Below, one piece after another: positions 21,683 to 33,494 of a stretch of DNA of 64,000 bases. Under the pieces are notes generated by a model. That model saw only the letters and a list, made by a program, of their open reading frames with translations. It was not told the DNA's origin and searched no databases. A program made the translations under genes and the position numbers. The stretch is from the NCBI RefSeq assembly GCF_009914755.1, contig NC_060940.1; one strand, 5' to 3'. Source of the DNA: the human T2T-CHM13v2.0 reference genome, Homo sapiens. The stretch's first letter is position 1. The number at the start of each line of letters is the position of its first letter.

Positions 21683-22699
21683 TTACATTTTGGCATGATT
21701 TCGCAGCGGCTGGTACCGGTTGTTCCTTTCCATGTTTAGTGCTTCCTTCAGGAGCTCTTGTAAGGCAGGCCTGGTGGTGACAAAATTTCTCAGCATTTGC
21801 TTGTCTGTAAAGTATTTTATTTCTCCTTCACTTATGAAGCTTAGTTTGGCTGGATATGAAATTCTGGGTTGAAAATTCTTTTCTTTAAGAATGTTGAATA
21901 TTGGCCCCCACTCTCTTCTGGCTTGTAGGGTTTCTGCAGAGAGATCCGCTGTTACTCTGACGCGCTTCCCTTTGAGGGTAACCCGACCTTTCTCTCTGGC
22001 TGCCCTTAACATTTTTTCCTTCATTTCAACTTTGGTGAATCTGACAATTATGTGTCTTGGAGTTGCTCTTCTCGAGGAGTATCTTTGTGGCATTCTCTGT
22101 ATTTCCTGAATCTGAACGTTGGCCTGCCTTGCTAGATTGGGGAAGTTCTCCTGGATAATATCCTGCAGAGTGTTTTCCAACTTGGTTCCATTCTCCCCAT
22201 CACTTTCAGGTACACCAATCAGACGTAGATTTGGTCTTTTCACATAGTCCCATATTTCTTGGAGGCTTTGCTCATTTCTTTTTATTCTTTTTTCTCTAGA
22301 CTTCCCTTCTCGCTTCATTTCATTCACTTCATCTTCCATCGCTGATACCCTTTCTTCCAGTTGATCGCACCGGCTCCTGAGGCTTCTGCATTCTTCACGT
22401 AGTTCTCTAGCCTTGGTTTTCAGCTCCATCAGCTCCTTTAAGCACTTCTCTGTATTGGTTATTCTAGTTATACATTCTTCTAAATTTTTTTCAAAGTTTT
22501 CAACTTCTTTGCCTTTGGTTTGAATGTCCTCCCATAGCTCAGAGTAATTTGATCGTCTGAAGCCTTCTTCTCTCAGCTCGTCAAAGCCATTCTCCATCCA
22601 GCTTTGTTCCGTTGCTGGTGAGGAACTGCGTTCCTTTGGAGGAGGAGAGGTGCTCTGCTTTTTAGAGTTTCCAGTTTTTCTGTTCTGTTTTTTCCCCAT
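21683..22699 (-). CDS. L1 ORF1p, 338 aa (coiled coil, RRM, CTD)
   Basis: Uninterrupted 338-aa ORF; REKG, ARR and YPAKLS motifs intact. Confidence 0.97.
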   Translation of the reverse strand: MGKKQNRKTGNSKKQSTSPPPKERSSSPATEQSWMENGFDELREEGFRRSNYSELWEDIQTKGKEVENFEKNLEECITRITNTEKCLKELMELKTKARELREECRSLRSRCDQLEERVSAMEDEVNEMKREGKSREKRIKRNEQSLQEIWDYVKRPNLRLIGVPESDGENGTKLENTLQDIIQENFPNLARQANVQIQEIQRMPQRYSSRRATPRHIIVRFTKVEMKEKMLRAAREKGRVTLKGKRVRVTADLSAETLQARREWGPIFNILKEKNFQPRISYPAKLSFISEGEIKYFTDKQMLRNFVTTRPALQELLKEALNMERNNRYQPLRNHAKM

Positions 22700-23607
22700 C
22701 TTTGTGGTTTTATCTACTTTTGGTCTTTGATGATGGTGATGTACAGATGGGTTTTTGGTGTGGATGTCCTTTCTGTTTGTTAGTTTTCCTTCTAACAGAG
22801 AGGACCCTCAGCTGCAGGTCTGTTGGAGTACCCTGCCGTGTGAGGTGTCAGTGTGCCCCTGCTGGGGGGTGCCTCCCAGTTAGGCTGCTCGGGGGTCAGG
22901 GGTCAGGGACCCACTTGAGGAAGCAGTCTGCCCGTTCTCAGATCTCCAGCTGCGTGCTGTGAGAACCACTCCTCTCTTCAAAGCTGTCAGACAGGGACAT
23001 TTAAGTCTGCAGAGGTTACTGCTGTCTTTTTGTTTGTCTGTGCCCTGCCCCCAGAGGTGGAGCCTGCAGAGGCAGGCAGGCCTCCTTGAGCTGTGGTGGG
23101 CTCCACCCAGTTCGAGCTTCCAGGCTGCTTTGTTTACCTAATCAAGCCTGGGCAATGGCGGGCGCCCCTCCCCCAGCCAGGCTGCCGTCTTGCAGTTTGA
23201 TCTCAGACTGCTGTGCTAGCAATCAGCGAGACTCCGTGGGCGTAGGACCCTCCGAGCCAGGTGCAGGATATAATCTCGTGGTGCCCCGTTTTTTAAGCCC
23301 ATCAGAAAAGCGCAGTATTCGGGTGGGAGTGACCCGATTTTCCAGGTGCCGTCTGTCACCCCTTTCTTTGACTCAGAAAGGGAACTCCCTGACCCCTTGC
23401 GCTTCCCAGGTGAGGCAATGCCTCGCCCTGCTTCGGCTGGCGCACGGTGCACGCACCCACTGACCTGCGCCCACTGTCTGGCACTCCCGAGTGAGATGAA
23501 CCCGGTACCTCAGATGGAAATGCAGAAATCACCCGTCTTCTTCGTCGCTCACGCTGGGAGCTGTAGACCGGAGCTGTTCCTATTCGGCCATCTTGGCTCC
23601 TCCCTCC
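22700..23607. promoter_or_regulatory. L1 5'UTR: internal sense promoter (minus strand) and antisense promoter (plus strand), CpG-rich
   Basis: YY1 site CAAGATGGCCG intact at ~23585-23595; CpG-dense; length matches the short 5'UTR of young L1PA elements. Confidence 0.85.
23155..23463 (+). CDS. L1 ORF0 (antisense ORF), 102 aa here
   Basis: ATG in gcaATGG context; MAGAPPPARLPSCSLISDCCASNQRDSVGVGPSEPG matches ORF0; splice donors after nt +106 (23260) and +191 (23345). Confidence 0.8.
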   Translation: MAGAPPPARLPSCSLISDCCASNQRDSVGVGPSEPGAGYNLVVPRFLSPSEKRSIRVGVTRFSRCRLSPLSLTQKGNSLTPCASQVRQCLALLRLAHGARTH

Positions 23608-23896
23608 TTTTTTTTTTTTTTAAACAGAGTTTCACTCCCAGCCTGGAGTGCAATGGTTAGATCTTGGCTCACTGCAACCTCCGCCTCCCAGGTTCAAGCC
23701 ATTCTCCTGCTTCAGCCTCCCGAGTAGCTGGGGTTACAGGCACTCACCACCATGCCCAGCTGATTTTTATATTTTTAGTAGAGACAGGGTTTCACCATGT
23801 TGGCCAGGCTGGTCTTGAACTCCTGACCTCAGATGATCCACCTGCCTTGGCCTCCCAAAGTGCTGAAATAACAGGTGTGAGCCACCGCGCTCAGCC
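23608..23896 (-). mobile_element. AluS-type element whose A-tail was the L1 target
   Basis: Dimeric Alu sequence; T14 run abuts the L1 5' end. Confidence 0.9.
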
Positions 23897-23901
23897 AAGA
23901 C

Positions 23902-24165
23902 TTTTTTTTTTTTTAAGAGACAAAGTCTCACTCTCACCCAGGCTGGAATGCAGTGGCGGCATCAAAGCTCACTTCAGCCTCGAACTCCTGGGCTCAAGCA
24001 ATCCTCCTGCCTCAGCCTCTTGAATAGCTGAGGCTATTTTATTTTTGTAGAGACAGGGTCTCAACTGTGTTGCCCAGGCTGGTCTCAGACTCCTGGGCTC
24101 AAGTGATCCTCCCACCTTGGCCTCCCAAAGTGTCAGGATTACAGGTGTGAGCCTCTGTGCCTGGC
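23902..24165 (-). mobile_element. AluJ-type element with internal deletion
   Basis: AluJ diagnostics (cactNcagcctcgaactcctgggctcaagcaatcctcc). Confidence 0.8.
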
Positions 24166-24471
24166 TATACAACCATTTCATGCTCATCTCTGTTGCATGA
24201 ACTTATGCAGAATCTCTGATGTATAGTAGCTGCTCAGTAGCTACTATGGGCAAGTGAATGAATTAATATGATGGGGAGATGGGGCTATGTGTATAAAACA
24301 TGCATCTGTCTCCTTGAGAGTCCTTTTGTTTAGTTCACTGAGTACCTGCTTTGGAGGTTCTTGTGTCTGCCATACAAGAGATATAAGGCCCTGTTATTAA
24401 GGGGTGCAGAGCCAAGAAAAAAGCCCCTCCATGCACAGCTTCTTTGTTCTGCAGCCTAGAGGCAGAGTTAC

Positions 24472-24585
24472 CTCGATCCTGTTGAACTCATCAAAGCACG
24501 CCCATGCTCCAGCCTGTGCCAGCCCCTTGAAGAACTTCCCCATAGCTTTGTAATCCAAACCATCGGAGCAGTTGAAGACCACACA
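24472..24585 (-). CDS. DNAH3: Dynein heavy chain exon with AAA1 Walker B ([11 protein letters not shown])
   Basis: ctctttctag acceptor, GAG/gtaact donor; 114 nt, phase 0-0. Confidence 0.96.
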
Positions 24586-24812
24586 CTAGAAAGAGGGAGG
24601 ATGTGGGTATCATTCAGGGTGGATTCCATCCCATCTGAATTACCCCGCACCATTCAACAGCAGTGGGCTCCTCTCTCCTTGCTCTGCTTGAAGGAGCTGG
24701 GGCCCATGCTGCCTGTTAATGCTAAACCATCTTAAAGTTGATGCCTACTTCCCACAGGAGGGGTGCAGAGAGGGCCTGGAAGAGAGGGAGGGGATAGATG
24801 GCATTTGCTTAC

Positions 24813-24921
24813 CTGCTTAGCCAAGGCTTTGGCCAAATCTTTGGTGGTTTCTGTCTTGCCAGTCCCAGCTGGACCCTCTGGAGCACCCCCAAGGTTCAGC
24901 TTCAAAGCTCCCATCAGTGTC
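24813..24921 (-). CDS. DNAH3: Dynein heavy chain exon with AAA1 Walker A (GPAGTGKT)
   Basis: ccccatag acceptor, CAG/gtaagc donor; 109 nt, phase 2 to 0. Confidence 0.96.
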
Positions 24922-25010
24922 CTATGGGGAAGAAAATAGAACTTCAGTGCTTGAGGTCTAAGACACAGGAAAGAAACCGGCTTTTCATTTATTTTGACTC
25001 ATACAAATAT

Positions 25011-25090
25011 TTAGGTTAGTGCAAAAGTGATTGCAGTTTTTGCCATTGAAAGTAATGCTAAAAGCCGCGATGACTTTTGCACCAACCAAA
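25011..25090. mobile_element. MADE1 (Hsmar1-derived mariner MITE)
   Basis: 80-bp near-palindrome ttaggttagtgcaaaagtgattgc...gcgatgacttttgcaccaaccaaa with TA flanks. Confidence 0.9.
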
Positions 25091-25342
25091 TAGTTAAAAT
25101 TTTTCCCAATTATATGAGCAATACAATATCACTGTATTTTACTCGGCATTGTAACCTCAGAGCCCAGCACAGTGTCCAGCACATGAGTGGCACCCATGAA
25201 TATTTGTTTGAATGAATAAATGAATACATGCATACCTATATAAATGAATCAAATAAAAGTGAGAATACTCATAAACTCTACATTCCAAAGATCACCAGTG
25301 CTAATGGAATGGTTAAAATATATTTCTCCAACTAGATTATGA

Positions 25343-25627
<285 letters not shown>

Positions 25628-26572
25628 TGAGCCACCATGCCCAGCTAGATTATGAACTCTAAAGTTCAGGAATCATATTTGATTCCATTTCATAACCTCA
25701 GTAAATTAATACAGCTCCTGGCATGTAATAGGTGCAAGATAAATGTTAGAAATGAATGATGTAATAACTGTGGTTCCATGGCCCATGGTATGAGTTTCTA
25801 TGTTTTCATTTAGCACTCTATCTTGTAATCATTTGAATATGTCTCTCCCGACCCCCCAGTTAGATTTAGGGTTTCTTGAGGTCATGCATGGTGCACAGGA
25901 AACCTCAAAAAATGGTTGTTGAATAATAAGTGGAATAAATAAATGAATGAAGAGCAAAAATCATAGACCATAAAAAACAAGTGGTTAAGGATTTTGAAGG
26001 GAGAAAATACTCCCAAGTATTAGTTTTACAATCTAAAAAACTCTCACTGTAAGGAAATATATAAAAGCAAAGAACATCTAAACATCACAAAACCGACAAG
26101 TTCACAAAATCCCGATCTCAAAGGCTGAGTTCCACAGAAAATGTCAGAGGACTTTGCTGAGCACAGAATGGCCAGCTTTTTTCATGAGACTGGCTGGCAG
26201 AGCATAGAGACCCCTTGGCTACGTTCTTGACCTCACTTCTTGTCTATCTTATGGCCATAGGATCTCCAGGCACCATCTTGATTCCTGCCATTGGAGAGCC
26301 CTCTACGTTAAGTCCTGTGTCATGTTCACGGATGTGCACCAATATTCCACTTGTTGGTTCAAATACATTGATTTGCACTAGAATTCCTACTGGGTTCTCA
26401 TGTCTAGCCTGAAGACCTAGTTTGCATGCCCATCTTTGGGACTATGGAGAATCTAATAATCTGAAGTGTGAAGGGTAAAGGTAACCCAAGACATCCCTAA
26501 CTTTCCTCCCCAGAGTCTTCTTCCCCTGGAGTTCTCCGTTCACCCCTCAGATCTAGGAGCTCCAGAGTGTAC

Positions 26573-27204
<632 letters not shown>

Positions 27205-28728
27205 TAGATTTCACAAGCCTCCTTGCCCACCCCCAACCTGCAGGCAGCAATATCTGTTAGAAGCTGGTCTTTGCTTTCTCCCAAAGCCAGGCAGAGAATC
27301 TGCTGCACTATCTTCTCTCAGACAGCACGGCAGAGGTATTAAAAGGTGCGTGCTCTGAAATCAGACTGGCTGCGTTCAAATTCTGATTCCACCATGACCT
27401 AGCTATGTGACTTTGGGTAAGTTCCTTGACCTCTCTGTTCTTCAGTTGTGTAATCTGTAAAATAGGGATAACATAGTACCTACATTATAGAGTTATCATG
27501 AGGATTAAATGAATATATAGGTACATACGTACATATCTACAGCTAGACACAATAGAGAGAGAAAGAGAGCTGTCCTTGGCATATGAAAATGTTATACAGG
27601 TATTAGCTATTGTTATCATCCCCAAATTCTTGGAAGTCTGAGCCAGAGAGCTTTGCAATGCATAGTGACTCCAAATTCCATCCTATTTCCAGTATAACCC
27701 TTTTGGTCCCATTTCAGGCCCCTAGGATATCCTAGGAGAATGCAATCAGCGTGGCCTTATATAGCAGGGGAAGGAAGCCGGAGAATCCATGGTTAGATGT
27801 ATCCTTTCCATCTGGGGGCCTGAGAAACCAGCTGGGAGATACATTTCTAGCTCTTCTTTTTTCTCTCATGGGAACGTAAGCCCTGATTTAATTTTATCCA
27901 AGTGACAGGGGCCTTGAAGTTGAAGAGTGGATCTAGGCTGATGAGAATCATTCATTACGTTTTTGGTAACTCAGGTGGAGAGCTATGGAGATCTCAGAGC
28001 TAGTACAGCCGACTCAAAATTAGGACCTCAGAAACGTCACTTTTCAAAGGGTTGCTTCCATTGAGCCTTTCCTTCCTCTCTGTGACAGAGTCTTCTTTAT
28101 TACAGTAAAATAAAAAACCCTGCAGGGAAGAGTCCTTGAAGAAGATTATATCCACAGCTTTTTCTTCCTTCCCAAGGAATTTAATTCCCCTCCTGGCTCT
28201 TGGGTGAATATATAGGGGAACCACCTGATACATTCTCCCAAGGAAGAGGGTATAGGGCAGGAGTATGGTATGCCTGAGGGATCCAAGAGGAAAGCGAATT
28301 TCAAGGGTTTGAGTTGGGGATGCCTTCGCTATACAGTGTGTGTATGTGCACTTGCATGTGTGTGTGTATGTGCCATTGTGTACATGTGTGCATACATGCA
28401 TGCTTGTGTTTGTGAACCCAACCACACTGGGGTACCCTGGGCAGTATAACCACATCTGCACCAATTATTCCTAACAGCTGAGTATGTGGCCGTGTGAAGA
28501 GCACATTTTCCCTTCTCCCTCCCTGATGTTATGCTGGTCTACCTAATGAAATCAGATTGAAGTGAGCATTAACCTGAGGGGAGTGAGATGCCATGAAATG
28601 CCAGGAGGGAGCTGGGAGTGTGAGCAAGAGACTCTGTTCCCAAGCAACCAGCCTGGTCCAGCCCTAGTTTCCTTGGTGATGGAGTGAGGGTGTGGGGGTG
28701 GTTTGTTTTATATAAAGACCCCAGTTTT

Positions 28729-28771
28729 TCCTCCTCCTCCTCCTCCTCCTCTTCCTCCTCCTCTTCTTTTT
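28729..28771. repeat. (CCT)n polypyrimidine microsatellite
   Basis: cctcctcctcc...cttcctcctcctcttcttttt. Confidence 0.9.
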
Positions 28772-29322
28772 AAAGGAGGAGCTGGAAGGCATCCTCTCTC
28801 ACCACCCACTGCTTGCAACATTGCCCATTTCCAGTCCCTTAGGCTTGGAAGCAGACAGACATAGGCGATTCTGTTGCTTACTATTATAGCTGTATGCCTC
28901 TCAGCAAGTTAGTTACCTCTCTAAGCCCCAGGTTCTGAATCTGTGAAATATCTATGAAAATGAGATAATGTATGTCAATCACTTAGCACAAAGCCTGGCA
29001 CCTAGCAAGCATTCAAAAATATTATCTACGGCTAGCCAAGGAAATGATTCCACGTTGGTGAAGCTCAGAAATGACTTTGGCCGTCATTGTCTCAGTACAA
29101 GCCCTGCTTGGAGGGTCCCTGGAAATCAGGTTGCGGATGGGAGAGGAAACACAGGTGGAGGGATGCAGAGCCCTTTGGCTCTCATCTTACTCTCAGTTGG
29201 AGAAAGCTCTCCCTAATGAGGAAGGAAACCCTGAATTATTCCGTCCAGGAGAACTGAGATGAGCAAGACTAGACTGCTTCTCCTGGATAGTCAGTAATGA
29301 CAGGGGAAGCCCCCTGGCTTAC

Positions 29323-29437
29323 CGTGGACATCGATGACCGTGAGGGCCCCGAGAGTGAGTCGAGCTCCACTGCTCAGCTTCCCTCGCACCAGCTGGACAA
29401 TCTGCGCAATCTGATCATTGCTCTTTTTCAGAAAATC
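29323..29437 (-). CDS. DNAH3: Dynein heavy chain exon (DFLKKSNDQI...ALTVIDVH)
   Basis: ccccttccag acceptor, ACG/gtaagc donor; 115 nt, phase 0 to 1. Confidence 0.94.
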
Positions 29438-29956
29438 CTGGAAGGGGCAGAGGAGGGGACAACTGGTTACATTTGACTCTCCTCTGGTAATCCCCATGTC
29501 AAGAAATGGTACCATGGACCACCGGATGGCTCAAGCCAGACTCCTGGGTGTCATCCCTCAAGTCCAACTTTTCCTTACCCCAGTCCTTAATCTCTGAATG
29601 AATTCCTAATGCATTATGCTGAAAGAGGCAAGATTTGGAAGGTTTCATACTGCATGATTTTATTTTTATAGTATTGTGGAAAAGGCAAAATTATAGGAGT
29701 GAGCAGAAAATACCTTGGTAATTACTGGAGGCTTGGAGTAGAGAATGCAACTGACTACAAAGGGCCTGAGGACATTTTTTTTGGGTGGTGTGGAACTGTC
29801 CTATATATTGATTGTGATGGCCTACACAAATGCATGTGTTTATCAAAACTGAGAACCGTATGCTAAAAAAGGTGAATTTCACTGTATATACCATAAATCA
29901 GAATTAACCTCCCAAACTGGAAACTTTTTCACATTAAAGAGACAAAGGAGCTATAA

Positions 29957-30277
<321 letters not shown>

Positions 30278-30817
30278 TGACAAAATTTAAATTAGCCAAT
30301 TTAGAAAGGTCTATAGAGTAGAGAATAAAATCGTATCAGTGTTGATTTCCTGATTTGGATAACTGTACTATGGTTGTCTAAGATGTTAATATATGAGGAA
30401 TCTGGATGAAAGATATATGGAAATTCTTTGTATTATATCTTTGTATTATATTTTCAGCATTATTTATAAGTTTCATGTTATTTCAAATTAAAGAGGCAAA
30501 AAATAAAATAAAAAGAAAACTTAAAAAGGAAAAAAAGTAAGACCACCCTAGGTTAAAATCCTACCTTCCCTACTTTCTAGCTATGTGGCTCTTGGCAAAT
30601 GATTTTATGCTTCTGAGTCTCAGTCTCCTGGTGTGTGTCAAATGCAGATTTTTTTTTTTTTTTTTTTTGAGATGGGGTCTTGCTCTGTCACCTAGGCAGG
30701 AGTGCACAGGCACAAACATGGCTCACTGAAACCTCGACCTCCTGAGCTCAAGCAATCCTCCCACCTCAGCCGCCTGAGTAGCTGGGACCACAAGCACACA
30801 CCATCACTCCTGGCTAA

Positions 30818-30943
<126 letters not shown>

Positions 30944-31239
30944 TGAATCTAGATGATTATAGCTGCCTCTTCAAGCTGTGTTGAGGATTAAATGAGGTAG
31001 TGTATGTGGTGTTGGGGCTTCTCCCCACATCTCTCCTACCCACACCCATTGCTCAGCTATTATAGACCGAAGTGTCTTCCTGCTGGAATACACCATGCTG
31101 TTCATCTTCAGGCTTTTGCATACTCCAGTTCTTCTCTCTGGAACACTCTCCCTCCTATTTTCTGCTCAGCTAATCCCTACTTATATTTCAGGTCTTTTCT
31201 TAGACACCACTTTTCTGGGAAATCTTCCCCAATCCTAAC

Positions 31240-31360
31240 TTCCCTCCCCTCACTCTCTTACTCTTTCCTTCCTTCTTTTTTCCTCCCTCCCTCCCTCCCT
31301 CTCTCCCTTCCTTCCTTCCTTCTTTAAACCCTCCCTCCCTCCCTGCCTCCCTCCCTTCCC
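31240..31360. repeat. (CCCT/CCTT)n polypyrimidine tract
   Basis: Direct reading. Confidence 0.88.
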
Positions 31361-32990
31361 ATACTTACTGGATGTCTGTTCTTTCCTTATCACAGTTCTG
31401 TAAAAGAGCCTTTTTCTCTCTCCCACTAGACTATAAATCCATGAGGAGAGGGACTATGTCTGTCTCATTCACATCTAATTACCTTCGTTAGCAGCAGTAC
31501 CAGCACAGAGCAGATGCCAAATCAATATTTGTTAAATGAACAATAAATGGTTGGAGGAAGGGAAGGATGATTATTCTGTGTCAACACCTGCTTCCTTTAG
31601 GATACGGAGACACATCACACAGCATGCATGCACACCAGGGCCTGGATGTATGACGGGAAACATTCTCCCTAACTATGGGTGGGAAAACTGGGGCACATGA
31701 ATCCACCTCCATCACAAAAAGTCAGAGATACCATCACAAAAGTCAGAGGATTTTAGTTTCTAAAGTTTGAAATGATGTACGTGAAAGCAGTTTGCATGTG
31801 TACAGTGCAATATGTCTATTAGGATTTATCAATATGGAATCTGTATAAGTTTAAACACTGGCCAAATATTAATGTTCTAATTTCAATTTATACAGCAAAA
31901 TATAGGAAATTAAAACATATTCTAATCCACAGCCAATCCTCTAAGAGGAGTAACAGGAGGTCTGGTGAGATATTCATGGAGAATCAAACCATGGAAGAAA
32001 GGCTGAGTATGAAGTTTTCATTCATCCATTTAACAAATATTTGGTCAGGCATGGTGGCTCCCAGCACTTTGGGAGGCTGAGGCAAGGAGGATTGCTTGAG
32101 GCCAGGAGTTCGAGACCACCCTGGCCAACATAGTGAGACCCCCGTCTCTAGTTTAAAAAATAGAAAAAGTTTAAAAACAAACAAACAAATCCCCAAATAT
32201 TTATTGATCATCTACTCTGTGCTGGGCACTGTATTAACCCCTGGAAATATAATAGTGAGCAGAGCAGACATAGCTTCTTCCCCGTAGGGTTTACAGCCTC
32301 GTGTCTAAGTACCGAATCATTTACTGGCATCTCATTTAACCCTCCCACAATATTATGATGTGTTGTGACAATTCCTTGCATGTTACAGACAAGGAGCTTG
32401 AGAGTCGGGTTAAGTTGCTCATGGTCACGCAGCTAACAAGAGACAGTGTCAGGATTTGAACTCAAGTCCATCAGGTCTTAACAGTCAAGCATTGGCATCA
32501 TTTGGCTGGGAATATGTGTATTTGGATCTGAGGATAAACAGATGCTTGAGTATACTTGGTCACAAGAGAAAGCTGAAGGCAGGACGGGAGGTGGGTTCAT
32601 TCGGGAGGGAGTAGGGGTGATGAGAAGGAGGCTGTAAAGGAGAAGGAGAGGCAGACGGTGGCCCCTTGGCTTAGGAAGAATATAGGAGGTCTCCCCTGGT
32701 GGAAATTCTGCCAGGTTAGCCCCCAGAAGCCAAGGGTATAAGACTTAGAATCCTGCAGTCCAGAATTTCTGTCTGGGAAGGACTATGAGAGGTCTCGTAC
32801 CATAGAATTGCAGGACAGCTCGAATCCCAAATTCTCCATCCCACTGTCCTCATGGGAACCCTGATGTCTGTGATGCTGAGACCAAATGATTTTTGTTTAG
32901 ACAACAAAACATGGCTACTCTAATTATACGTCATTCAAATCCTAATTGATGCTTGGATCTCTTCTGTAACTTTGCAGCAAGTTCACTTAC

Positions 32991-33101
32991 CAGTAAGGTA
33001 TTTTCCGCCAGGGCTTGGGACACCTCCTGGGTCCAAAAGATGGAGGAGACACAGATAACCACCTGTCCAGGCCACTGTAAGACCCAGTGATTTCGAGGGA
33101 C
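32991..33101 (-). CDS. DNAH3: Dynein heavy chain exon (VPRNHWVLQWPGQVV...ENTLL)
   Basis: cttttccag acceptor, CTG/gtaagt donor; 111 nt, phase 0-0. Confidence 0.94.
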
Positions 33102-33494
33102 CTGGAAAAGCACAGTGGGCATGTTATAGGATCAGTTCACGTGTGGTTTAAACTGAGTTTACGAAAACATGCCCCAACCACCTCACCACCGCAACAAAAA
33201 CAAAATCTTCCCCCATCCTCAGACGCTACAAGGCTTGACATCTCTGGAATTACTGATTTATGTCTTCCTTTCTGAGTTTTATGAAAAAGAAAAAGAAAAA
33301 ACACCAATCATCTCATCAACTTTGCATTTTTTCCATGCTCCCATTTATCAAATTTTTCCATAGTTATAATCAAGGTGATGTTCAGAGAGTTCTCATAACT
33401 ACTGTTTTTTAATGGCTACATAATATTGCAGTGCTGAGTCACAATTTTTTTAGCTGTTTCTCCACCCCACAATTCTTTCCCTCAAGCTACAGAT

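Noticed and set aside
28000-28504. 154-aa and 67-aa minus-strand ORFs with HT-rich segments
   Set aside because: Driven by a degenerate (TG/CA)n tract; no recognisable domain, and the dynein exon chain is complete without them
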